The translations under genes were made by a program, and so were the position numbers. DNA of 64,000 nt from positions 1-64,000 of IMG/VR virus record IMGVR_UViG_3300042879_006196; one strand, 5' to 3'. Every line of letters begins with the position of its first letter. Positions within the stretch are counted from its first letter, which is position 1. Under the pieces are notes generated by a model. The model had not been told where the DNA came from. It made no database searches and saw only the letters and a program-made list of their open reading frames with translations. Below, piece by piece: positions 37,442-47,318 of the stretch.

Positions 37442-38089
37442 ATGATGAAATATCTTGTTACTTTGAGCAAATACGACCCCAAAACTGAATCATGTCCCAG
37501 TTTAACAGAAATTCGTAATCATTTGGAGAAGATTTCTTGTCTTCCATATCTGATTGAAAACCAAACACACAATCTGGAAGGATACAAATACAGAATTAGT
37601 GTTCATGATGATTACACATTCGAGTGTGAAATCATGGATGGTGATTCTAAGATTCTTGGATATGTGAATGCAAATTTCGAGGTAGATGATGTTGAAAAAT
37701 ATTACATGGAGAAAATTATCAATGACAGTGATTATGTAGTCAAGACTATTCAAGATTTTGTTCATTATGTTCTTACGGATGACAACAGAGGTGAACGCTT
37801 GAAAATCGAGGTTCATACAATGGGATGGCTTGACCTCAGTTATTATGACACACTTCATAAGCACAGATTTGTTTTTGTAACACAAAATGCATCTAAAGAA
37901 GATTGTGTGGAAAAGCTTTATTCAAAAGCTTTTGATAAAGCTTGGGAACTTGAGATGAATCATAATTGTAATCGCACATGGGATTGTCATGGTTCTCTCA
38001 AGCATCAATTAGAAAATTGTTCTTTCATGATGGATGATAGCCAGATTGATTATTTCAAGAATAGATTGCAGATTTTAATGAATGCTTAA
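37442..38089 (+). CDS. Hypothetical protein
   Basis: 215-aa ORF at the repeated promoter. Confidence 0.75.
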   Translation: MMKYLVTLSKYDPKTESCPSLTEIRNHLEKISCLPYLIENQTHNLEGYKYRISVHDDYTFECEIMDGDSKILGYVNANFEVDDVEKYYMEKIINDSDYVVKTIQDFVHYVLTDDNRGERLKIEVHTMGWLDLSYYDTLHKHRFVFVTQNASKEDCVEKLYSKAFDKAWELEMNHNCNRTWDCHGSLKHQLENCSFMMDDSQIDYFKNRLQILMNA

Positions 38090-38129
38090 TCATATCGGGC
38101 GAAAATTCGCCCGATTTTTCGTATATTAA

Positions 38130-38507
38130 ATGATGAGATACAGAATAACAGTGACAGGAAATGCATACGTGGCAAATACTATAGAAGTGGATGCTGAATC
38201 AGAAGATGAAGCGGTGGAAAAATGGTATAATTCCAAAAGTGACTGGGAAGTTATTCAAGTTGATGACATGGACTTTGAAGTAGAAGTGCTCAACGATATA
38301 AAAAAATACCAAGTAAAAATAAATGGTTGGACTCCCATAACACATTTAGTAGAGGTGGATGCCAAATCAGAAGAAGAAGCAATCCAAGAAGTGAAAAATC
38401 GAGAGATTAAAAATCGAAATGGTAATAGATATATAGAATCTATCAATGAGGTGGGTGGCGTGGATTTTATTTTAATTGCTAATGAGCAGATTGAAGTAGT
38501 TTCTTAG
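38130..38507 (+). CDS. Two-module member of the Y.V.V.G...EV.AESE.EA family
   Basis: Module repeated twice within the ORF. Confidence 0.7.
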   Translation: MMRYRITVTGNAYVANTIEVDAESEDEAVEKWYNSKSDWEVIQVDDMDFEVEVLNDIKKYQVKINGWTPITHLVEVDAKSEEEAIQEVKNREIKNRNGNRYIESINEVGGVDFILIANEQIEVVS

Positions 38508-38548
38508 ATTGTGTTTTCCAGGTTTAACACAATCTGATTATAATAGAT

Positions 38549-38704
38549 ATGACAGTACAAGAATTAATTGAAAAGTTACAAGAAGTTGAAGATAAAAGCA
38601 GAATTTGCTTAGTTGAAGACTCTGATGAGAATTTATGGGAAATTAAACCTGGTGGTATTTACCATTGGTTTTACGAAGGATCGAATGCAATCGTGTTCAG
38701 CTAA
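38549..38704 (+). CDS. MTVxELIE-family small protein
   Basis: MTVQELIEKLQEVEDKSRIC; 51 aa. Confidence 0.7.
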   Translation: MTVQELIEKLQEVEDKSRICLVEDSDENLWEIKPGGIYHWFYEGSNAIVFS

Positions 38705-38770
38705 TATTCCCCGACATGTGGCTGTCAGATTGTGTTTTTCCAGATTTAACACAATCTGATTATAATAGAT

Positions 38771-38995
38771 ATGCTAACAACAATTGAAATGTTAAAGAAA
38801 ATCGAGGGTCACCCAGACTGCCGAGATTGTGTCACAGGTGGGCAGTATTTTACCAGAAGCTACTGGTTAGCCTGTGATGATGAAATGGTTTGGGGTGCAG
38901 ACCCTGATGGGCATGAGATAGAGATGACAAGGGTAGATTTTGAACGGCAATATCAAGGCTATCATTGGGTAACAGAAACAATAGAGGACAAATGA
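38771..38995 (+). CDS. Hypothetical protein, paralogue of 37210..37422
   Basis: ORF at the repeated promoter. Confidence 0.7.
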   Translation: MLTTIEMLKKIEGHPDCRDCVTGGQYFTRSYWLACDDEMVWGADPDGHEIEMTRVDFERQYQGYHWVTETIEDK

Positions 38996-39207
38996 CAAGA
39001 ACAAGAGATGAAATTATGCGTGACATTTGTGATATTTACGACAGAATGAGTGGTGAAAGAATCTCACATGATGGTGAGCTGTCACTATCAGTTATTAACA
39101 AAAAACGAAAATCATTGGAAAATAAATTGAACAAATTAAAAATCGAACTAAATGAAGATGTAAGCGAATATTCCGCATGGACTTGGTGGTTGGAGAATCA
39201 GCTATGA
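38992..39207 (+). CDS. Hypothetical protein
   Basis: GAGGA Shine-Dalgarno and ATGA overlap. Confidence 0.7.
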   Translation: MTRTRDEIMRDICDIYDRMSGERISHDGELSLSVINKKRKSLENKLNKLKIELNEDVSEYSAWTWWLENQL

Positions 39208-39518
39208 CACTTGACGAAGTAATTTTTGTAGAAGGCAGATGGAGAAAAGTTTGTATTCACGCTAAAGGATTCAAGGTGTTTACAATGAGAGGTGAACTAA
39301 TCTATCTTCATCGTTACATTTTCGAGCAACATCATAAAATTAAAGTAGAACCGCCACATCGCATTATTCACATTGATGGCAATAAAATGAATAATTCAAT
39401 TACAAATTTGAGGTTGAGACGCAGAGTTGAAGGCGGCAAAAGCAAAAAACTTGCTAAGTCTGCCTTAAATCAACACAATGATGATCGTAATTTTTCGCCC
39501 GATTTTTTCCAGGTTTAA
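39204..39518 (+). CDS. HNH endonuclease-like protein
   Basis: YLHR.I......I.HIDGNKMNNSITNL. Confidence 0.8.
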   Translation: MTLDEVIFVEGRWRKVCIHAKGFKVFTMRGELIYLHRYIFEQHHKIKVEPPHRIIHIDGNKMNNSITNLRLRRRVEGGKSKKLAKSALNQHNDDRNFSPDFFQV

Positions 39519-39530
39519 CACAATCTGATT

Positions 39531-40025
39531 ATGATAGATATGGGAAAAAGAAAAACTTACAGTTTGACACTTATTCAAGATTTCGAGTGCTTGCAATACG
39601 ACGTAGAAATTCAAGCCACAAGCTTAGATGAGGCAATGGAATTGGCAACAAAACCAGAGAACCGACCAGATTGGGTTAAAGAGGTGATTTCCAAAGCTGA
39701 AGACCTTGGTATTATCGAAGATCGGTGTGAGGTTTGGCAGTTTTGTACTTTAGTAGATGGAGAGGAAGTGGATGAAGATGAATCTGAAGAAGATGAAGAG
39801 GAAACTGTAAGTGTTATTGCCATCAAAAATGGTGTAGTAGAGGAATGTTATAATTTTTCTGGCAAGAACGATGAAATTGCAAAATTAGCTGAGAAGAAAT
39901 TTCTTGAACTATGTAGTGATAAAATTAGCAATTTTGATGAGTACACTCCTGATGACATTACAGCAATCTTGGATGATGGGCTGGCAGAATATGGCGGAGG
40001 ATCAATCAACATCCATTGGTTCTGA
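39531..40025 (+). CDS. Acidic hypothetical protein
   Basis: ORF at the repeated promoter. Confidence 0.7.
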   Translation: MIDMGKRKTYSLTLIQDFECLQYDVEIQATSLDEAMELATKPENRPDWVKEVISKAEDLGIIEDRCEVWQFCTLVDGEEVDEDESEEDEEETVSVIAIKNGVVEECYNFSGKNDEIAKLAEKKFLELCSDKISNFDEYTPDDITAILDDGLAEYGGGSINIHWF

Positions 40026-40058
40026 AGTTTATTAACAATGAAAAGGAAATAAAAAAAC

Positions 40059-40475
40059 ATGAAAACATATAAAGTATGCGTTATGAAGACAACTAGATAT
40101 CAACAAACGGTATTAGTTCAGGCACATAAAGAAATAGAAGCCGAAGAAAAAGTACAATATGATGAGCTGTGGAACGATGATTCTTGGGAATTCAGAGATA
40201 TGCACTGTGATGTTCTAGATGCAGAGGAAACAGAAGAAGATGAAATTGTAGAATGTATTTTGTCAGAAGCTACGCACTTCTGGAGTAATGGGGTTCTTCA
40301 CGAGATAGATGGGACAGTGGTTAAAATATGGATTGAAAATGAGAAAGATTTTATTGAAAATGGCAAAGCTTTTGGCATTAAAATCTATAATTCGGATAAA
40401 GGTCATCATACCTACATAGATGAACAAAACTTTACATTTTTGGGCATTAAACCAGTTAAAATTTCAATCCGCTAA
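40059..40475 (+). CDS. Hypothetical protein, paralogue of 54947..55336
   Basis: MKTYKV...ELW..DSW...LSEATH.W shared. Confidence 0.75.
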   Translation: MKTYKVCVMKTTRYQQTVLVQAHKEIEAEEKVQYDELWNDDSWEFRDMHCDVLDAEETEEDEIVECILSEATHFWSNGVLHEIDGTVVKIWIENEKDFIENGKAFGIKIYNSDKGHHTYIDEQNFTFLGIKPVKISIR

Positions 40476-40536
40476 CCCTAGCAAGGGTTAGCCACCCATT
40501 TTTTCCAGGTTTAACAAAATCTGATTATAATAGACG

Positions 40537-40767
40537 ATGACAATTAAAACTTTCCGTGACCTCCAAGAGGCACTCTCTAAACTAAACGACGACCAACTTA
40601 GCTGTGACCTCATTTTGTACGGAACTCTTGAGGATGATTGGTTCCCTTTCAAGGCAAAACTCAAAATTGCTAATGAAAAAGATATTGACGTGGTTGATGA
40701 CCAACACCCATATTTTGTGTTAGACTTTGAAGGAGACAATGAAGCGAACAATCAAGATATACTTTGA
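40537..40767 (+). CDS. Hypothetical protein
   Basis: ORF at the repeated promoter. Confidence 0.7.
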   Translation: MTIKTFRDLQEALSKLNDDQLSCDLILYGTLEDDWFPFKAKLKIANEKDIDVVDDQHPYFVLDFEGDNEANNQDIL

Positions 40768-41071
40768 ATTGGTGGTGGAAGCATCAGATGAAACACTAAT
40801 TGCAAGTTCACATACAATAAAAAAAAACCCTCTGGGTTGGGGTGAGCAACTTCATTCTGTATTTTATTTCTATGCAGATAAAAAATTATTGGGAGGAACA
40901 TTAAATAATGCAAAAGATTATACAAACAAAATCATTTCACATAGAATACCAAAATGCGAAGAGATTAGTTATGATGAAACCACAAACTCTACAATAATTA
41001 GAATTTTTGAAGAACATAGACCCAAGGTAAAAGATGAGGACAAAGACAATGAAGAAAATGAAGAAAATTAA
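40739..41071 (+). CDS. Hypothetical protein
   Basis: GGAG Shine-Dalgarno; overlapping ORF. Confidence 0.6.
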   Translation: MKRTIKIYFELVVEASDETLIASSHTIKKNPLGWGEQLHSVFYFYADKKLLGGTLNNAKDYTNKIISHRIPKCEEISYDETTNSTIIRIFEEHRPKVKDEDKDNEENEEN

Positions 41072-41297
41072 AGTGATTTTAGAAGTGATTTTGGATATCC
41101 CTGAGAAAATGGAGTTGGGAGTGGATGTAAATGACATTCCCTACTACTTTATTGCAACGGATGGTATGGCTAGACCATTGGAACTTCATCCCAATCTAGG
41201 CTTTGATGTTTCCTACGAAAAAGAAATGGCTAGACCATCTGATGAGGGATGCGAAGTGCTTGAAGTGAATACAAAAATCGAGGAATTAAATGGCTAA
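41049..41297 (+). CDS. Hypothetical protein
   Basis: ORF; start uncertain (41049 or 41058). Confidence 0.6.
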   Translation: MKKMKKIKVILEVILDIPEKMELGVDVNDIPYYFIATDGMARPLELHPNLGFDVSYEKEMARPSDEGCEVLEVNTKIEELNG

Positions 41298-41652
41298 TTG
41301 GATAACAAATACAGTAGAAATTAGAGGTGACAATCAGGAAATCGGTGTCATTCTTGCAATTCTCAATTCTGAAGATTGTGTAATTGATTTTACACAAGTT
41401 GGCGAGAACTTTGAAAATGTAAGGGTAGACCCAGACCCTGCCAATACATTTATTGTTCAAAGAACTGATAATCTTGTGGAATTCGAGGTTGAAACTGCTT
41501 GGCAATCACCTGATGAACCTATCCTTCAACTTTCGAGAGAGTTTCCAAATTGTACGTTTGAGATGTGGAGCCATGATGGTAATCAAGGTTGGCATTCAAT
41601 CTTCAAGGATGGGTTGACCACAGAAATCGAGGGTGAAAATGAACAGTCTTGA
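41290..41652 (+). CDS. DUF1281/YubB ferredoxin-like protein
   Basis: MANW..N...I.G, IDF, F.TAW.SP....QLS..FP...F. Confidence 0.65.
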   Translation: MANWITNTVEIRGDNQEIGVILAILNSEDCVIDFTQVGENFENVRVDPDPANTFIVQRTDNLVEFEVETAWQSPDEPILQLSREFPNCTFEMWSHDGNQGWHSIFKDGLTTEIEGENEQS

Positions 41653-41851
41653 ACTTAACACAGATGGTGGCTTAATCAAAGCCACCATGAACGATGACCC
41701 TGATTATCCATGTATTCAAATGGAAATGGATGGTTTGCTCATTGGGGTTTTCGAGTATGATTCATTGAACAAAATGTTAAGATATAGGATTTACAGCGAA
41801 GACCCAGATGTTGAAGAACCTATTATAAACACAAAACTGATAAGCCAATAA
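41639..41851 (+). CDS. Hypothetical protein
   Basis: GAGGG Shine-Dalgarno-like; overlapping ORF. Confidence 0.6.
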   Translation: MNSLELNTDGGLIKATMNDDPDYPCIQMEMDGLLIGVFEYDSLNKMLRYRIYSEDPDVEEPIINTKLISQ

Positions 41852-41945
41852 TATTGGCTTATCACAACTAGATCAGATTGTGTTTTTAGGATTTCGAATT
41901 TCGCCCGATTTTTTCCAGATTTAACAATTCCCAATTATAATAACC

Positions 41946-42230
41946 ATGAAAGAATTCAAAGTCTTTGACATTAGTGAAATTCCAAAAGAATTTCACTCTG
42001 GAATATCTGAGAAATCAGGATACGGCAACTTCGCTGTTCTTTGGTATAACCATGTTAACTCTAAACCATTAGAACAACATAATGGAGGAGAGATACTTTG
42101 GGATTCTAGGAATGATTCAGGATGTAGTCCCGATTTTCTTCACATTATCGAGCGAGGCGACCATCCTTTGTCAGATTTTTTCATGGACAACGGTGCTAAC
42201 TTCGGTGAAGATGTTTATATTCAGTGGTAA
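41946..42230 (+). CDS. Hypothetical protein
   Basis: ORF at the repeated promoter. Confidence 0.7.
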   Translation: MKEFKVFDISEIPKEFHSGISEKSGYGNFAVLWYNHVNSKPLEQHNGGEILWDSRNDSGCSPDFLHIIERGDHPLSDFFMDNGANFGEDVYIQW

Positions 42231-42276
42231 TTCGCCCGATTTTTTCCAGATTTAACAATTTCCAATTATAATAGAC

Positions 42277-42465
42277 ATGAAACAACACAATCTGCTTGAA
42301 GAAGCATATCAACATTATCAAGACGGTGGAACACCTGCCGTCTGTGATTTCGCTAATAAAGAAAACATCAATGAATGGAGTTTTTGCGAACCATGTGATT
42401 GCGAAACTCCAGTCTTAGAAAACACTTGTTTGGCTTGCGGTCAGACACTAAAAATCGAGCTATAA
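42277..42465 (+). CDS. Small Zn-ribbon-like protein
   Basis: CxxC...CxxC at the C-terminus. Confidence 0.65.
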   Translation: MKQHNLLEEAYQHYQDGGTPAVCDFANKENINEWSFCEPCDCETPVLENTCLACGQTLKIEL

Positions 42466-42467
42466 CC

Positions 42468-42683
42468 ATGAAAATCAAAACAAAAAAACTTTCAGCAATT
42501 GTACCACATAATTCAGATTTTGAGCCAAATGTCCTTCAGATTGGGTATTTGTTAAACAACAGTTGGATTGGAGTACACAACATTTATCGTACAAAAGGTG
42601 GATGGAAGAGTGACAACTACTCTGGTTGGTACAAAACAATCACCGAGTGGAAAGCAAAAACAAAGTGGTGGCTGGAAGATTGA
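42468..42683 (+). CDS. Hypothetical protein
   Basis: ORF immediately after 42465. Confidence 0.6.
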   Translation: MKIKTKKLSAIVPHNSDFEPNVLQIGYLLNNSWIGVHNIYRTKGGWKSDNYSGWYKTITEWKAKTKWWLED

Positions 42684-42815
42684 AATAATATTTCCAAAAT
42701 ACCCACTATTTCCAATGTTGGAAAACCCACAAATATTGGAAATACCAATGACAGAGCACTAACAATTAATTCGCCCGATTTTTTCCAGATTTAACAATCC
42801 CCAATTATAATAACC

Positions 42816-43247
42816 ATGACAACAGTAAACGACATCAAAATTTCAGCAGACAAATCAAAACTCCTAGAAATTGAAGCCTTCCTCAAAAATGAGGATTATA
42901 ATGGCAACACACTAGTACTTGACTTTTCAAAAGTGAGACAATTCCACAATCGGTTTCATGAATTACCCATTTCAGAGTGGACTGTGGATGAAAACGGTTC
43001 CAGCATTTTGTGGTACGCCGCAGATACAGATTCTGAACCTCTTTATTTTGAACTCACCGCATTGGCAGAAGAGTTCCCCGATGCGAAAATCGAATTGATT
43101 TGTGAGGGTTCAGATGTTGAATATTATATGTGGCACAATGGTTCACTCAATGCAAATTTCATGCTTGATTTGGAAGACATGGAAGAATATGACATGGATG
43201 ACCTCTGGGCTGAAGTAAAAAGACTCAAACTGGATGTGGTAAACTGA
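42816..43247 (+). CDS. Hypothetical protein, weakly DUF1281-like
   Basis: LDFSK, L.EEFP...I.L pattern similar to 41290..41652. Confidence 0.6.
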   Translation: MTTVNDIKISADKSKLLEIEAFLKNEDYNGNTLVLDFSKVRQFHNRFHELPISEWTVDENGSSILWYAADTDSEPLYFELTALAEEFPDAKIELICEGSDVEYYMWHNGSLNANFMLDLEDMEEYDMDDLWAEVKRLKLDVVN

Positions 43248-43675
43248 TGATTGATTTTATTTCTAAAGATGTAGATGAAGCATTTGAGGAGTGGACGAAA
43301 CAACCTTTTTGGAAAGCTTTTGTTGAACACGGATTATCTCTTGAAGATAAAAAAAAGGATTTTTACTGCCAGCATAATTATTATTGGAATAAATTGAGCA
43401 AACTTGGATGTAAACCTGGAGATGAAATCCCTATTGATGAATTTCATAGAATTGCTGGGAAATTATTCGATGACTATAGCAAAGCATTCGAAAATATTCC
43501 TCTCAATACGTGTCTGGAATATCTTGCAGAGGAGGAAAACAAGCCCTTGGATGAATTAAGAGTAAAAGATTTAGATAGGGCTACTTTTGCAGGAGTAGGT
43601 TTGATGTTTGCACTAAGAGATTCAATTCCTTTTCATCTGGTAATGTCATATCTACCAGAGGAGGACACAATCTGA
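43247..43675 (+). CDS. Hypothetical protein, tandem paralogue 1
   Basis: SKDVDEAFEE...AFENIPLNTC.EY...H.VMSYLPEEDTI. Confidence 0.75.
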   Translation: MIDFISKDVDEAFEEWTKQPFWKAFVEHGLSLEDKKKDFYCQHNYYWNKLSKLGCKPGDEIPIDEFHRIAGKLFDDYSKAFENIPLNTCLEYLAEEENKPLDELRVKDLDRATFAGVGLMFALRDSIPFHLVMSYLPEEDTI

Positions 43676-44121
43676 TGACAGAACTGATAGGACTCAATTT
43701 GGTTTCTAAAGATGTAGATGAAGCATTTGAGGAGTTTTCGAAAATAATTCCTGAAAATAATGTTTTCGAAGGAGTCTCTTTTGAAGATATAAAAAAGGAT
43801 TTTTATTTGTCCCACAATTATGCTCGCAATGAATTAAGAAAACTCGGTTGGAAGCATGGAGATGAAATTCCTATTGATGAAATACCCTGGAATCTTTTCT
43901 GGTATGATTATCACAAAGCTTTCAAAAATATTCCTCTCAATACGTGTTTCGAATATATTACAAAATATACTGCAAAGAAGAAAAACATACCAGCAGATGA
44001 ATTGACAGTAAAAGATTTAGGATGGGGTACTCGTGTAGAAATAGGTTTGATGTTGGCACTAAGATATTCAATTCCTCTTCATGTGGTAATGTCATATCTA
44101 CCAGAGGAGGACACAATCTGA
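43675..44121 (+). CDS. Hypothetical protein, tandem paralogue 2
   Basis: Same motifs and identical C-terminus as 43247..43675. Confidence 0.75.
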   Translation: MTELIGLNLVSKDVDEAFEEFSKIIPENNVFEGVSFEDIKKDFYLSHNYARNELRKLGWKHGDEIPIDEIPWNLFWYDYHKAFKNIPLNTCFEYITKYTAKKKNIPADELTVKDLGWGTRVEIGLMLALRYSIPLHVVMSYLPEEDTI

Positions 44122-44354
44122 TGGAGGCAATGACACTTACTAAAAGAGCCATTAAAGATTTGATGGCTCAAGGATATTTTAGTCCCACGCCTCATCATCA
44201 AAAGGGCATCAAAGATCTATGGCTTATTGAAATGCAAAAACGAGGCTGGGATATCGGAACTACTGGAGATGGGAATGATTATGATCTAGCCTGTAAAGAA
44301 TCATTAAGGGTTGCACGAACCAAATATAAGATATCAGTAATTTTCCAGATTTAA
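44121..44354 (+). CDS. Hypothetical protein
   Basis: TGATG overlap; the last codons are encoded by the promoter repeat. Confidence 0.6.
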   Translation: MEAMTLTKRAIKDLMAQGYFSPTPHHQKGIKDLWLIEMQKRGWDIGTTGDGNDYDLACKESLRVARTKYKISVIFQI

Positions 44355-44376
44355 CAGATTGTGTTTATAATGTAAG

Positions 44377-44673
44377 ATGATAACAACACCAAAACAAATC
44401 AACACGTTTTTCGACATTCGTGAGTGCGTGAAATTCTACGACATCAAACCCATTAACCCCGATAGATGGAATGAAATTGATGGTTATGATACTCTTCAGG
44501 AATACTATGATGACTACCACCCCAATGTTCTTTTCTTGGATTTTGAAACTGATATCTACGAACTTGAATTAGGAAAACTTGAGAACAGAAACTTTTTAGT
44601 TTTCGAAGGAGAACAAGTATACGACGCACAAACCACGATTCATGTAGTTGAACTTGAAATGCCAAATAAATAA
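44377..44673 (+). CDS. Hypothetical protein
   Basis: ORF at the repeated promoter. Confidence 0.7.
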   Translation: MITTPKQINTFFDIRECVKFYDIKPINPDRWNEIDGYDTLQEYYDDYHPNVLFLDFETDIYELELGKLENRNFLVFEGEQVYDAQTTIHVVELEMPNK

Positions 44674-44774
44674 ATTTCCAGATTGTGTGTGAGGAGGGGG
44701 AATACCTTGTTTCCCCCTCCAAGGGCGGCGCCGAACTAATTTTCCAGGTTTAACATTTTCGAGTTATAATAGGT

Positions 44775-45071
44775 ATGATAGAACTAAACCCTAAACAACA
44801 AGAAGATTTTGATGCCATGCTCATCAAATTTGCATCATCGGATGTGCTTTACGATGAGAAGGAGTTTCTCAAATCGTGGAACGATCAAAACGTGGATGAA
44901 GAACAAATTGCTGAAATTGCAAAAGAGTACGTTTGGGAAGCCTATGAGCATTTAGATGGCTATGATATTGTATCAAAAATAGTTGATATAAAAGACGTGA
45001 TGGAACATCGCTTGAAAGACTACCTTGAGTGGCTTGTCAAAGAAAATAAGATTACAATCAACACTGCTTAA
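44775..45071 (+). CDS. Hypothetical protein
   Basis: Single-gene cassette. Confidence 0.7.
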   Translation: MIELNPKQQEDFDAMLIKFASSDVLYDEKEFLKSWNDQNVDEEQIAEIAKEYVWEAYEHLDGYDIVSKIVDIKDVMEHRLKDYLEWLVKENKITINTA

Positions 45072-45134
45072 TCCCCCTCCAAAGGGGAGACAGCCCGTTT
45101 TTTCCAGGTTTAACATTTCCTGATTATAATAGAT

Positions 45135-46010
45135 ATGAAATCAAAAGCACACGAAGCAGTTTTTAATCAAATGATGTCCCTAATGGAGCAAGGTCATATC
45201 CCTTGGAGAAAGCCTTGGAAGAACTCCGCACCTCGCAATGGTTCTACCAACCGCAGATATTCAGGTATCAACTTTTTCATTCTCTCAGCTAGTGGGTATG
45301 CTGATGAACGTTGGCTAACTTACAATCAAGTGAAAGAACTTGGCGGTGATGTCAAGAAAGGCGAAAAGTCTCGTCAGATTGTGTTCTGGAATATCCTTTC
45401 TAAAGAACAAGACGGCAAGAAAAAAAATATTCCAATCCTTAAATACTTCAATGTTTTTAATATTGAGCAAACTGAAGGAATCAAGTTTTCAAAGGAAGAA
45501 CTAGCCAAACTTGAAGAGTTGCGAAAATCTGAAGTTATTGAAGCTGAGGAGATTATCACTAAATACTCTGACAAACCCAAGACATTGTTTAACTATTCTT
45601 TGGCTTGTTATTCTCCAACTCAAGATACTGTGATGATGCCAGACAAAGCAAAGTTTAACACTACTGAGCATTTTTATGCAACATTATTTCATGAATACGC
45701 ACACAGCACAGGACACGCTAACCGCTTAAATCGTAAAGGTATTGCAAACTTTGACGCCTTTGCTTCAGAGCAATATTCTGAGGAAGAGCTTATTGCTGAG
45801 TTCACATCTGCATTTCTGTGCAATTACGCAGGTATTGACAACACCCTTGAGAACTCTACTGCATACATTCAAGGTTGGATGAAAGCCTTCAAAAATAACC
45901 CTGAAATGATTATAAGCTGTGCAAACAAGGCACAAAAGGCTGTAGATTACATTCTAGGAACAAATTCCGCAACTGAATCGCCAATTGTCAAAACAGAGAA
46001 CACTGCATAA
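45135..46010 (+). CDS. ardC: ArdC-like ssDNA-binding antirestriction protein with zincin-like domain
   Basis: PWRKPW, Y.GIN...L, WLTYNQ....GG.VKKGEK...I.FW, YF.VFNIEQT, FHEYAHSTGH..RL.R, YSEEEL.AE. Confidence 0.9.
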   Translation: MKSKAHEAVFNQMMSLMEQGHIPWRKPWKNSAPRNGSTNRRYSGINFFILSASGYADERWLTYNQVKELGGDVKKGEKSRQIVFWNILSKEQDGKKKNIPILKYFNVFNIEQTEGIKFSKEELAKLEELRKSEVIEAEEIITKYSDKPKTLFNYSLACYSPTQDTVMMPDKAKFNTTEHFYATLFHEYAHSTGHANRLNRKGIANFDAFASEQYSEEELIAEFTSAFLCNYAGIDNTLENSTAYIQGWMKAFKNNPEMIISCANKAQKAVDYILGTNSATESPIVKTENTA

Positions 46011-46073
46011 TCCCCCTCCAAAGGGGAGGCAGACCATATTTTCCAGGTTTAACATAATCTGATTATAATAGAT

Positions 46074-46724
46074 ATGGCACTTGACACAGTTTTCAACAAT
46101 ATCAGCTCACAAGAAATTAAGCACTACACTAAGTATTGGAAATCTATTCAACCCAAAACAGATGAGGAGATTTTCAAGCGTTGGCTTTTCGCCTACACCT
46201 CTATCCATACAACTTGGCAAGGAAACTTGAGAGGATACAATGCAATCAAAAACTTTGATGAGTGGATTGGTAGCAAGCAGATTCTGTCTGAGAAGTTGTT
46301 TGAATCTAAATGCGGTATGCACAACAAACGCACTGAATTCATTTGGAATTTTGCCCAAGATTTTTTCGCTAATACCAAAGATTTTCACAAGCAAAAAAAC
46401 GAGAGTTGGATTGATTTTCGTAATCGCTTAGTTAAAAAGTGTAATGGGATTGGTATTGCAAAAGTAAGTTTCACTTTAGAAATGTGCTTCCCAACACAAG
46501 CTGAAGTGGTATGTCTTGATGTTCATATGTTAAGACTATATGAAATTCCAATATTAAAGTTTGGTAGTAAAAAAGATATTGAAATTTATCAAAGCCATGA
46601 GCAGGATTGGATTCATCGTAGCAAGGCACTCAGAACGTCACCATACATCTCCAGATGTATTTTTTGGGACAAAAAGCAAAAACAATCTGATTCACGCTAT
46701 TGGAGTTGGGTTCTGGAGGGCTAA
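46074..46724 (+). CDS. HhH-type DNA N-glycosylase-like protein
   Basis: GIG.AK.SF...CLDVHMLR resembles the Ogg-type HhH motif with catalytic Lys and Asp. Confidence 0.6.
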   Translation: MALDTVFNNISSQEIKHYTKYWKSIQPKTDEEIFKRWLFAYTSIHTTWQGNLRGYNAIKNFDEWIGSKQILSEKLFESKCGMHNKRTEFIWNFAQDFFANTKDFHKQKNESWIDFRNRLVKKCNGIGIAKVSFTLEMCFPTQAEVVCLDVHMLRLYEIPILKFGSKKDIEIYQSHEQDWIHRSKALRTSPYISRCIFWDKKQKQSDSRYWSWVLEG

Positions 46725-46806
46725 TCCCCCTCCAAAGGGGTGGCAGAGCATTTTTTCCAGGTTTAACATTTCCCGATTATAATAAATGTAAGATTAAAGG
46801 AGAAAA

Positions 46807-47115
46807 ATGTTTAACCACACACTTAACAAAATCGCAGTAGACTTCACTTCCCGAACTGGCTCACGAAAGCGAGTCAGAGTCCCTGTCGCTGGTACTCGCC
46901 ACATCGGTTATCAGCCTGGTCAAAAGGTTGCCGTCGTCGCCTCTGACAAGGGTGGAGTAGAAATCTTCCCCGTCAGTGACCCTAAACGCTATGTCAACAC
47001 CTACACTGTTGAGAAGGATGGTGCAATTCGCATCTCAGCAGAAAAGTTCGGGTTGAAGACAGAAGACCTGTCTGTGACCTGTGACAAGCTCACAAACCAC
47101 GTGTTTGTGGCATAA
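46807..47115 (+). CDS. Hypothetical protein, possibly AbrB/MraZ-like fold
   Basis: AAGGAG Shine-Dalgarno; R.RVP...G..PG.KV and V..DG.IRI patterns; weak. Confidence 0.5.
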   Translation: MFNHTLNKIAVDFTSRTGSRKRVRVPVAGTRHIGYQPGQKVAVVASDKGGVEIFPVSDPKRYVNTYTVEKDGAIRISAEKFGLKTEDLSVTCDKLTNHVFVA

Positions 47116-47318
47116 GACTCGAAGGGGCAGGTATGGGTTGAACCTGCCCCAGACCTATAACGAGCTATGGTATGTAAGGAGAGCTTACATCGCCTCAAAG
47201 ATAACGGAGGTCATGAAACACTCGTTCCCTCACGGGGGGGGGGGGGGGAACCTTATCCCCCTCCAAGGGCTCCGCCGACCAAATTTTCCAGATTTAACAT
47301 ATTTCGATTATAATAGAT

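Noticed and set aside
39204-39518. HNH gene as a mobile homing element or intron ORF
   Set aside because: It is short, coupled by an ATGA overlap within an operon, and has no flanking intron core or target duplication.
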